From Phycisphaerales bacterium (GTDB lineage: Bacteria > Planctomycetota > Phycisphaerae > Phycisphaerales > UBA1924), in assembly GCA_016742055.1 (NCBI GenBank), contig JACVCK010000001.1:1-42097 (forward strand): 42,097 bases of DNA, written 5' to 3'. The notes beneath the pieces are model-generated. The model saw only the letters and a list, made by a program, of their open reading frames with translations. It was not told the origin of the DNA and did no database searches. Both the position numbers and the translations under genes were made by a program. Positions 23,958-31,910 of this stretch are shown piece by piece. The stretch's first letter is position 1, and each line of letters opens with the position of its first letter.

Positions 23958-26891
23958 TCAGAACGGGCCGCAGGGCAGGTTGTACACCCCCAGGAGGAGG
24001 TTCAGGTCCTGGAAGTTGATCACGCCGTCGCCGCTGAAATCGGCGCCGGAGAACGGCGCCACCTGCGCCTGGTACTGACCCAGCAGCGCGTTGAGGTCCA
24101 CGAACGTGATCGTGCCGTCGCCGTCCGCATCGCCGATGCAGCGGACGATCAGCGGCGCGGGCTGGCTCGGCGACGATTCGCACAGGTTGGTGACGACGCA
24201 GTCGTACACGCCCGCGTCCGAACCGGCGACGCCCGAGATCGCCAGCGCCGGGCCCTGCGCTCCGGACACCGTCCCCCCTCCCGGCGAGGCGCCGCCGGGT
24301 CCGTCGCTGATCGGCTGGCCGTTGCGACGCCACTGATAAGTCAGCGGACCGAGCGTGGCGCCGACGCTGAACGTCGCCTGAGCGCCGACCACGAAGTCCT
24401 GCGCCTCCGGCTCCTCCTCGATGTTCGGCGCGACGCAGACGACCTCGAACTGGCGCATCATCTCGTGGTCTTCGTGCTCGAGGATGTGGCAGTGGTAGGG
24501 GAACAGGCCGGTGAAGCCCTCGAAGCGCGCGATCACGCGCACGATCTCGTTCGGCGGCACGAGGATCGTGTCCTTCCAGCCTCGATCCTCCGGCGGCAGC
24601 GGGATGCGCGGCCCGGTCGGCACGGGCTCGCCGCCCACGAGGTTGAACGTCTGCCGATCCAGCGCCTGGAACTGCACCAGGTGCATGTGCATGGGGTGCG
24701 TGATGCCCGAGGCGTTGACGAACGACCAGATCTCAACGCCGCCCAGGCGCGGGAACTCTGTGATGTCGTCCCACAGGAGGTCGTTGATGGTCCACACCAT
24801 CCCTTCGCAGTCGCCCGGATGGCCGCCGTGCCCGCCCGCGTTCGCCGGCATGACCATCGTCCGGCGCAGCAGGAAATCGCGCTCCATCTCCGCCTCGCTC
24901 TCGGGGATCGCGGGCACTTCCACCAGTTGGGCGGGCAGTGCGCCGGTGTGGGCGGCGCCGGCGACCACGATGAACTTCATCACGTCCTGAACGACGCCCT
25001 CGCCCGGCGTTCCGGGGAACGGCGAGGGCGCGCTGTTCGTCAGGAGCGCCTCCGTGCCCGGAGCCAGCCCCTCGAAGTCCACAATCACGTCCACACGCTC
25101 GCCCGGACCGAACGTGATCAGCGGGCGCTTCACGGGCGCCGGCAGCAGGCCCCCGTCGCTCCCGATCTGCACGAAGCCCCGTCCGTTGGAGAGCGAGAGG
25201 GTGTAGAACCGCGAGTTCGATCCGTTGAGCATGCGGAAGCGATACTTGCCGGGCTTGACCTCGAGGTACGGCCAGACCTTGCCGTTCACAAGGATGAAGT
25301 CGCCGAAGAAGTGCTCCTGCCAGGCATGCGGGTACGCGAACGAGCCGTCCGCGTGGAACGAACGGTCCTGGATGGCCAGCGGAACTTCGAATTCCCCGCG
25401 GGGAAGGTCCAGCCCGTCCTCCGCGTCGTCGCGGATCAGGTAGAAGCCCGCCAGGCCCATGTACACGTTGAGGCGCGTGATGCCCAGGCCGTGGTCGTGG
25501 TACCAGATCGTCGCCGCGGGCTGATTGTTCGGATAGGTGTAAAGGGGCGACTGCATCCCGGGCGGGAACGCCAGATCGGGGTGCCCGTCGCTCTCCGGAC
25601 CGACGTGCCCGCCGTGCAGGTGCACCACCGTCATCGGCAACTGGCCCGTCATGTCCGGACCGTGCAGACACTCGTCAATGGGCAGGACGTGGGTCGTGCG
25701 CAGATTGCCTTTATCGTCCCGCAGGTCGTTGATCCATGTCACCGTCACCGGCTCGCCGCGACGCGCTTCGATCGTCGGCCCGGGGTACGAGCCGGCGTAG
25801 CCCCACACCCGCGTGGGCGGGAGTTCGCTGTGGAGTTGCTGGAACGTCTCCACCATCGCGATCTCGTAGTGCGCGGCGCCGCCAATCTTCCCGGAGACCG
25901 GCTGCGCCGGCGTCGGCAGCGGCAGCGGGTCGAGGTACGGCGTCAGCACGAGTTGGCACGGGTCGGGATCGCAGTCGGTCCCCGGCCCGATGAACATGCC
26001 GCCCATCGTGTTGCAGTCGTCGTGCGTCGCGATGATGCACGTGCCGTCGCCGAGGCAGCACGCGCCGGTCGGCTGCGGGCAGGGGTTCGGATCGCAGTCC
26101 GTGCCATCGCCCTGATACACGCCCCCCAGCCCGGCGCACGTGCTGGCGTCCGTCTCGACGCACACGCCCCCGTCCAGGCAGCACGCGCCGGTCGGCAGCG
26201 GCGAGGTGAACTCGATCGTCAGCACGGGCCGGCGATTCGAGTTCTGAACCTGTCGCGAATCGAACCGCAGCGCCGTTGGGAACGTGGTCTCGTTGCCGAC
26301 CACCACCCAGCCGTGGTTCGCGGCAGGATCGTTCACCCACGCCTGCACGTCCGCGGCCATCGCAGCGGTGGACCACGTATAGAAGCCGTTGCTGCCCACG
26401 ATCGTCGTGGCGCTGGAGGTGGGCGCCAAGTCGCCGCCCGGCGCCGTCCAGAACTGCGTATTGAAGAAGGTGTGGAGCCACGTGGCGTCGCCCATCATCG
26501 GGTACTCGCCCGCGCCCTCTTCCCCGCCCGCCACCGACCCCGCTTCGCCCCATTCGGTCAGCGCCCGGTGGAGCGACGCCGGCTCGGCCCCCGCCTGATT
26601 CGCCCGCGACATGTACAGCCGCAGCGAGACGCTGGTGATCGTCGAGCCCGGCGGGATGGCCCCCAGGTCGAACTCGATCAGGCCGCGCCGTGTCCGGTCC
26701 ATGGCGCTCTGACCGACGAAAAAGTGCTGGCCCGCCCCGTTGCTGAGTTCGCCGAACGGGTCCTCATAGAGCGTGTTGTCCTTCGAAGCGAACGCGAGAA
26801 TCGTCTCGGACGTCGCGGGTCCGCCGGCCGCGCCCAAGGCGCCGCCGAGCAGGAGCAACCGAGCGAGCAAACGGGGATGGCGAGGCTTCAT
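23958..26891 (-). CDS. large secreted multidomain multicopper oxidase (CotA/bilirubin-oxidase-like core)
   Basis: All four Cu motifs are present: HLHGGH, WYHDHG, HPMHMHL, HCHILEHEDHEMM. The ATG at 26891 has GGAG 8 nt upstream and a signal peptide (MKPRHPRLLARLLLLGGALGAAGG). An N-terminal module resembles the DNRLRE domain. Two Cys-rich modules, an Ig-like domain (TYQWRRNG...GVYDCVVTN) and a C-terminal dockerin-like module follow. Confidence 0.9.
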   Translation of the reverse strand: MKPRHPRLLARLLLLGGALGAAGGPATSETILAFASKDNTLYEDPFGELSNGAGQHFFVGQSAMDRTRRGLIEFDLGAIPPGSTITSVSLRLYMSRANQAGAEPASLHRALTEWGEAGSVAGGEEGAGEYPMMGDATWLHTFFNTQFWTAPGGDLAPTSSATTIVGSNGFYTWSTAAMAADVQAWVNDPAANHGWVVVGNETTFPTALRFDSRQVQNSNRRPVLTIEFTSPLPTGACCLDGGVCVETDASTCAGLGGVYQGDGTDCDPNPCPQPTGACCLGDGTCIIATHDDCNTMGGMFIGPGTDCDPDPCQLVLTPYLDPLPLPTPAQPVSGKIGGAAHYEIAMVETFQQLHSELPPTRVWGYAGSYPGPTIEARRGEPVTVTWINDLRDDKGNLRTTHVLPIDECLHGPDMTGQLPMTVVHLHGGHVGPESDGHPDLAFPPGMQSPLYTYPNNQPAATIWYHDHGLGITRLNVYMGLAGFYLIRDDAEDGLDLPRGEFEVPLAIQDRSFHADGSFAYPHAWQEHFFGDFILVNGKVWPYLEVKPGKYRFRMLNGSNSRFYTLSLSNGRGFVQIGSDGGLLPAPVKRPLITFGPGERVDVIVDFEGLAPGTEALLTNSAPSPFPGTPGEGVVQDVMKFIVVAGAAHTGALPAQLVEVPAIPESEAEMERDFLLRRTMVMPANAGGHGGHPGDCEGMVWTINDLLWDDITEFPRLGGVEIWSFVNASGITHPMHMHLVQFQALDRQTFNLVGGEPVPTGPRIPLPPEDRGWKDTILVPPNEIVRVIARFEGFTGLFPYHCHILEHEDHEMMRQFEVVCVAPNIEEEPEAQDFVVGAQATFSVGATLGPLTYQWRRNGQPISDGPGGASPGGGTVSGAQGPALAISGVAGSDAGVYDCVVTNLCESSPSQPAPLIVRCIGDADGDGTITFVDLNALLGQYQAQVAPFSGADFSGDGVINFQDLNLLLGVYNLPCGPF
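23970..24140 (-). other. Cys-bracketed dockerin-like module, copy 2
   Basis: CIGDADGDGTITFVDLNALLGQYQ...DFSGDGVINFQDLNLLLGVYNLPC, followed by GPF and the stop. Confidence 0.75.
25956..26192 (-). repeat. tandem duplicated Cys-rich module inside the oxidase (two units of about 38 aa)
   Basis: TGACCLDGGVCVETDASTCAGLGGVYQGDGTDCDPNPC and TGACCLGDGTCIIATHDDCNTMGGMFIGPGTDCDPDPC share six conserved Cys positions. Confidence 0.75.
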
Positions 26892-26946
26892 GGCCTTGGC
26901 TCCGGTGCGAGTTCGAGGAACTTTGAATTGCCGATCTACATCTCCG

Positions 26947-26975
26947 AATTTATCATGCATCGGGTCAAAGACCAA
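26947..26975 (-). promoter_or_regulatory. candidate extended -10 promoter for the multicopper oxidase gene
   Basis: On the minus strand: TTGGTC (26975-26970), a 17-nt spacer ending in TGA, then TAAATT (26952-26947), which gives TGnTAAATT. It lies in an AT-rich island about 55 nt upstream of the ATG at 26891. Confidence 0.4.
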
Positions 26976-27088
26976 CCCCTAAATAGGGTGGTTCGCGGTT
27001 TCTCTGAGCGCAGCGGCTCCGAAGGCCACTTTCAGCCGCCGGAGGTTTCGGCCGGACGATTCCACCCCGCTCAGGCCCGAGCGGGCGG

Positions 27089-28825
27089 TCAGAGCGGCAG
27101 GCAGTTCGTGTTGTACACGCCCAGCAGAAGGTTCAGGTCGGCGAAGTCCACGTCGCCGTCGAGATCGAGGTCGCCGTTGAGGCCCGTGCCGACCTGAGTG
27201 TTGAAGAACGACAGCAGGATGTTCAGATCGGCGAAGTCGATGTCGAAGTCGCCGTCGATGTCCCCGAAGCACTCGTCCTGCAGCGTCGCCACGACGATCG
27301 CGATCGAGTTGTCGGTGAAGGCGACACGGATCACGGCCTGACCCAGCCGATTGAACCCGGGCCGGTCGCCCGACTCCGAGCCGAAGCCGGGGCTCACGCT
27401 GAAATGCGACACAATCTTGAACACCCCGGGCGCCACCTCGAACAGCGAGCCCTCCCGCATGATCAGCGTCGGCCCGGAGATCAGGCGGGTTCCCCACAGG
27501 CACTGATCGTTGCCCGCGTTGACTCCGGGGCCCTGAATTGTCCCTGGGAACAGAACCTGCCCTCGATCATTGATGGTGTGGGACGAACTGAACGTGCTGT
27601 AGGTTTCGCCGAAGAACAGGCCCGCCGCCGGGCTGCCCTCCCGCGCGATCAGTTGCGTCGAGCCGTTCGCCTGGCGCACCCAGACGGCGCTGTTGTTGTC
27701 GTTGGTGATCGATCCCGCCGGCGTCACGCTCGCGGTGTAGACCACCCGCCCGTCCTTGCCCAGCGCGCCCGCGAACGAATCCACAAACGAGTAGACGCTT
27801 CCGATCGGCGACGGCTGCCCCACGACGGCGACGGCCTGCGCCTGCCCGTTGAGAACCCGCCACAGCCCGCTGCGCGACTGGCCCCCGACCAGCGCCGACT
27901 GCGGGAACAGCGCATCGTTCCCGTTGTTGATCATGTGCCGGGTGAAGCCGATCAGCCCGCCCTCGTAGGACGTGCCGGGCCCCAGCGGCGTCTGCATGCC
28001 CTCCTGCGCCAGGAGCACGGGCGCCCCCGGCGCGCCCCGCAGCACCGACCATCGGAAGTCGCCGCCCACATTCAGGTACGTCCCGAACGAAACCTCGCCC
28101 ACGTCGTTGACCAGGGGAAACACGAAACTCGTGCCGGAGTAGGTCGTCCCGGGCTGGCCGGGAACCGCAGCGCCCTCGCGCATCACCAGCGTGAACGATC
28201 CGTTCGCATTCGACCGCCAGATGGTCTCGTTGTTCGTGTCGTTGACGCCGGCGCCCGTCAGCCGGATCACCAGCGCCACCTCGTCGTTGTCGCTGTAGGA
28301 GAACAGATTCGAAACGTGCGCGAACGACGCGCCGCCGAGCCCCGGCGCCAACTGCAGCGGGCGCGCCACGTGCTGCAGAACGCCGTCCACACGCCTGCCG
28401 ATGCCTACATCGTCCGGCCCCGCCCCCGTCCCGATCAGGCGGTAACTGAACGCCACGTTCCCCTCATCGTTGATCTCGGGGTAGAAATACGAGAACCCCA
28501 ACTCGCTGAAATCGCCCATGAACAGCGTGTTCCCGCTGCCCGGAACCGCCGTGCCCTCGCGCACCACCAGCGCCAGATTCCCAGGGCCGCCCACGCCCTC
28601 CGACCAGATCCCGCTCGAGAAGATCACCGCGTTCGTGTCCGCGGCGAACGCCACCTCGCCCTGCTCATTCATGCGCGGGAATCCGAACGCCGTAAACGCC
28701 CCGCCCGTCGGCGCCGCGTCGCCCGTCTTGGCCACCACCCGGTACGTCACCGCGGGGCCGCCGCCGAACACACTCCCGCAGAACGCCATCAGGATCGCGG
28801 CGCCGCCGCACAAACGCATCGTCAT
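27089..28825 (-). CDS. secreted NxxGxxAF-type tandem-repeat protein with a C-terminal dockerin-like module
   Basis: The ATG at 28825 has AGGAG 9 nt upstream. Signal peptide MTMRLCGGAAILMAFCGSVFG. Recurring units: MNEQGEVAF, INDEGNVAF, VNDVGEVSF, INDRGQVLF. The tail is CFGDIDGDFDIDFADLNILL...DLDGDVDFADLNLLLGVYNTNC. Confidence 0.8.
   Translation of the reverse strand: MTMRLCGGAAILMAFCGSVFGGGPAVTYRVVAKTGDAAPTGGAFTAFGFPRMNEQGEVAFAADTNAVIFSSGIWSEGVGGPGNLALVVREGTAVPGSGNTLFMGDFSELGFSYFYPEINDEGNVAFSYRLIGTGAGPDDVGIGRRVDGVLQHVARPLQLAPGLGGASFAHVSNLFSYSDNDEVALVIRLTGAGVNDTNNETIWRSNANGSFTLVMREGAAVPGQPGTTYSGTSFVFPLVNDVGEVSFGTYLNVGGDFRWSVLRGAPGAPVLLAQEGMQTPLGPGTSYEGGLIGFTRHMINNGNDALFPQSALVGGQSRSGLWRVLNGQAQAVAVVGQPSPIGSVYSFVDSFAGALGKDGRVVYTASVTPAGSITNDNNSAVWVRQANGSTQLIAREGSPAAGLFFGETYSTFSSSHTINDRGQVLFPGTIQGPGVNAGNDQCLWGTRLISGPTLIMREGSLFEVAPGVFKIVSHFSVSPGFGSESGDRPGFNRLGQAVIRVAFTDNSIAIVVATLQDECFGDIDGDFDIDFADLNILLSFFNTQVGTGLNGDLDLDGDVDFADLNLLLGVYNTNCLPL
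27101..27271 (-). other. Cys-bracketed dockerin-like module, copy 3
   Basis: The last 60 residues of the repeat protein. The first Cys codon is at 27271-27269, and the module is followed by LPL and the stop. Confidence 0.75.
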
Positions 28826-28985
28826 CGATCTTCTCCTGCCCAAGCGGCCCGGCGCAAGCGCGAATGCGCTCGCCGCATGAGCCGAAACCCGAACGTACGA
28901 TCGACATCCCCCCCAAGCAAGGGAAATCCCGGCGATTCGGGGTGATTTTCCGCCCAGCCCGGGATCCGAACGCCGACACAGGATC

Positions 28986-30617
28986 TCAGGTCGCCCTGGC
29001 CCCCTGCGACAATTGCCCGCTCGCCTGCGTGAGGATCGCCTCCGCGAGTTGCTCGGGGTTGTAGCCGGCCGGAGCCGAGACGCAGGGCTTGCCCGCCGCC
29101 GCGGCGCACTCCCGCGCCTCGTCCACGTGCAGGTGGCCCGCGAGCCGGATCAGCGCCACGACGATCGCCGTCTCGGCGCGGAAGATGGGCGCCCGCATCG
29201 GCGCGCCCGACCCGTGCTCGGGCAGCGACACCCAGTCCACACCGTCGAGCGCGAAGGCGTCCACCATCCGCTCCACCGCGTCGGCGCGCCGCTCGCCCCC
29301 GATCACCACCATCCGCCTCCCCCTCAGCAGGTCTCGTACGCGCAGCACACGCTCGCTCCACTCTCGCGGCGGACCGGCGTCGACTTGCTCTTCATCCTCG
29401 GGTTCCGCCGAGCCACGCGCCGCCGCCGCGCGGAACACCGCCGCCGTCGACCCGCCGGACTGCTCCATCAGCGCCGTGGCGAGCGGCGCCGGGATCGACG
29501 CCGCGAACCGCGGGTCGCTGGCGGGCACGCCCTCGGCCAGCAGGCGGTCGATGGACTCCACGATCTTCTGCCGGTCGCGCGTCTCGATGGGCCCCGCGCC
29601 GTCGCCGATCCGGCGCACGTGGTAGCGGATGGTCTTGAACGCCTGCTCGATACGGGCCGCGGCGTCCTTCTCCGCCTGCAACTCCCGAAGCGCCGCGCGC
29701 ACCTGGGCGAGGATCTCCGGCGCCTCGCCCAGTTCGGCCGGGTCGTCAAGGCGCATATGACGAGGCAGGTAGATCGACCGGCGGGCCGATTCGGCGCGGA
29801 GCCACTGGTGCGCCTCGTCCTGGTCGATGTCCGGGTCCTTCAGCCACGTCAGACGCATGCCCTGCAGCAGCGCCGAACTCGCCCACGCCATCAGCGCCAT
29901 GCACGACGCCAGGCGCTCGCCGCCCGCCTCGTCGGCATCGCGCACCAGCGCCGCGGCCTCGGCCAGCGCCTCGTACGCCACACCGATCCGCTCCACCGTC
30001 GCGTCCGGCGGCGGCGTGCGCTCGCGGAAGAACACCCAGAGAAAGCAGTTGGTCTGCGACTTCGCCTCGGCGATCATCGCCGACATCCGCTGCGTGAGTT
30101 CGTGCTCGCGGAGCGCGTCCACGCCCATCGCCGCGCGCCGCTCGAGGTACACGCGGCACGACTCGGCCTTCAGGCGCGACCGGCGCTCGACGAGCGACAG
30201 GTCGATCGGCGGCGCGTGCCGCGCCTCATCGGACGATGCGTTCTCCTCTTCCTCCTGCGCCGTCTGCCGCGCCCGGCCGATCTCCAGCGTCGTGCCCGCG
30301 ACCGGAACGTGCACCGTGGCGTCGCCGATGCGAAGGGGCACGATCCCCCGCCGCGCGGACGGATCGCTGAACGCGGGCGCCGAACGGGCCGCCGGGACGG
30401 GCGCAGCCGACGCGGGCTCGGGGCTCCGCGCCGCGTCCGACGGGCGCGACGCAGGAATCTCGCCCACCCCCGACTCGCCCCCGGCCGCGTCGCTCACGCT
30501 CACCAGCCACTCGCCCAGCGCCCGCGCGGCCCGGCGCGCCGGCTCCGACCGTTCCAGGTGCGGACGCAGCGCCTCGGCCAGCGCCTCGATGAGTTCGTTG
30601 AGTTTGGGGTCGGGCAC
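28986..30617 (-). CDS. hypothetical protein with a C-terminal DUF2325-like domain
   Basis: 543-aa ORF with a GTG start. The N-terminal third is low-complexity and Ala/Pro/Ser-rich. The C-terminus (RRMVVIGGERRADAVERMVDAFALDGVDWV...ETAIVVALIRLAGHLHVDEARECAAAAGKPCV) resembles my memory of DUF2325. Confidence 0.6.
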   Translation of the reverse strand: MPDPKLNELIEALAEALRPHLERSEPARRAARALGEWLVSVSDAAGGESGVGEIPASRPSDAARSPEPASAAPVPAARSAPAFSDPSARRGIVPLRIGDATVHVPVAGTTLEIGRARQTAQEEEENASSDEARHAPPIDLSLVERRSRLKAESCRVYLERRAAMGVDALREHELTQRMSAMIAEAKSQTNCFLWVFFRERTPPPDATVERIGVAYEALAEAAALVRDADEAGGERLASCMALMAWASSALLQGMRLTWLKDPDIDQDEAHQWLRAESARRSIYLPRHMRLDDPAELGEAPEILAQVRAALRELQAEKDAAARIEQAFKTIRYHVRRIGDGAGPIETRDRQKIVESIDRLLAEGVPASDPRFAASIPAPLATALMEQSGGSTAAVFRAAAARGSAEPEDEEQVDAGPPREWSERVLRVRDLLRGRRMVVIGGERRADAVERMVDAFALDGVDWVSLPEHGSGAPMRAPIFRAETAIVVALIRLAGHLHVDEARECAAAAGKPCVSAPAGYNPEQLAEAILTQASGQLSQGARAT

Positions 30618-30697
30618 GCCGGGATCATACGGCCCGGAACGAGCGCGCCCTTCCCGCCACGTTCATCCCCCGGTTCCTACGCTGTACGTGGCCCACC

Positions 30698-31813
30698 ATG
30701 CCCACCGCCTCCGACCTCATCCCGCCCGCCGTCGCCGCCAAACTCGACGACCTCGCGCGCCGCTACGAAGAGGCCTCCCACGCCCTCCAGGACCCCGACG
30801 TCGCCGGCGACTTCAAACGCGTCCGCGAACTGTCCATCCGCCGCGCCGCCATCGAGCCCGTCGTCACCGACTACCTCGCCATGCAGGCCGCGCTCGCCGA
30901 AGCCGCCGACCTTGAGGCCGTCATCGCCTCCGGCGAAGACAAGGAACTGGCCTCCCTCGCACGCGACGAACTCCCGGCGGTCCGCGCCCGCGCCGAAGCG
31001 CTCGCCCGCGCCGCGCTCGAGAAACTGGTCTCCGCCGACGACCGCGCCATCGGCTCGGTCGTCCTCGAACTCCGCGCCGGAGTCGGCGGCGACGAGGCCG
31101 CGCTCTGGACCGCCGAACTGCTCGACATGTACCGCCGCCTCGCCGACAAGCGGGGATGGTCCTTCGAACTGATGGACCTCAGCGAGGGCGGTGGGGGGGC
31201 CGCGGCGGGCTCGGGGATCAAAGGCGCCGTCGCGACCATCGCCGGCCCCGGCGTCTGGTCCGAACTCGCGCACGAGGCCGGCACGCACTGCGTCAAGCGC
31301 GTCCCCGCCACCGAGACGCAGGGCCGCATCCACACCAGCACCGCCACCGTCGCGGCGCTGCCCGAGCCCGAAGAGATCGACCTCAAGATCGACCCCGCCG
31401 ACGTGATGGAGGACATCACCACAGCGCAGGGCCCCGGCGGGCAGAACGTCAACAAGGTCTCGACCGCCGTCCACCTCATCCACCGCCCAACCGGAGTGGA
31501 AGTGCGCATGCAGGAGAGCAAGAGCCAGCGCCAGAACCGCGAGAAGGCATGGCGCCTCCTCCGCGCGCGGCTCTACGAACTCGAACTCCAGAAGCAGCGC
31601 GCCGAGCGAGAAAAAGCCCGCAACGCCCAGATCGGCTCCGCCGACCGCTCCGAGCGCATCCGCACCTACCGCTTCAAGGAAGGCATGGCGGTCGATCACC
31701 GGCTGAACCAGGACTTCAACCTCATCGGCGTCCTCAGCGCCGGCGAAGCCATGGACGACATGCTGCGGGCGCTGCAGGAACAGGAGACGGCGCGCCGGCT
31801 CGCAGCGATGTAA
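30698..31813 (+). CDS. prfA: peptide chain release factor 1
   Basis: RF1-specific tripeptide context RVPATETQGRIHTS and the GGQ motif (GPGGQNVNKV). Confidence 0.96.
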   Translation: MPTASDLIPPAVAAKLDDLARRYEEASHALQDPDVAGDFKRVRELSIRRAAIEPVVTDYLAMQAALAEAADLEAVIASGEDKELASLARDELPAVRARAEALARAALEKLVSADDRAIGSVVLELRAGVGGDEAALWTAELLDMYRRLADKRGWSFELMDLSEGGGGAAAGSGIKGAVATIAGPGVWSELAHEAGTHCVKRVPATETQGRIHTSTATVAALPEPEEIDLKIDPADVMEDITTAQGPGGQNVNKVSTAVHLIHRPTGVEVRMQESKSQRQNREKAWRLLRARLYELELQKQRAEREKARNAQIGSADRSERIRTYRFKEGMAVDHRLNQDFNLIGVLSAGEAMDDMLRALQEQETARRLAAM

Positions 31814-31910
31814 AGCCGTCCATTGTTCTCTCTTCTCCCGCGCGTTACCATCCCCACACCGCCCGCCGGTGGGGGATCACCTGGCCCGGGCGCTCAAAGG
31901 GAGATTCGCC

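Noticed and set aside
27066-27085. 7-bp hairpin CCCGCTC/GAGCGGG immediately after the repeat-protein stop codon, considered as a terminator.
   Set aside because: No U-tract follows on the transcribed strand and the stem is short. It could be a weak or Rho-assisted site, but I cannot support calling it a feature.
23955-27197. 1080-aa plus-strand ORF that covers the whole multicopper oxidase locus and the intergenic promoter region.
   Set aside because: It is antisense to a protein with all four Cu-binding motifs, crosses an AT-rich non-coding island, and has an Arg/Ala/His-rich junk composition.
31850-31877. Stem ATCCCCAC / GTGGGGGAT after prfA, considered as a terminator.
   Set aside because: It needs a bulge, has an 11-nt loop and no trailing T-run, and it lies just upstream of the aldehyde dehydrogenase RBS.
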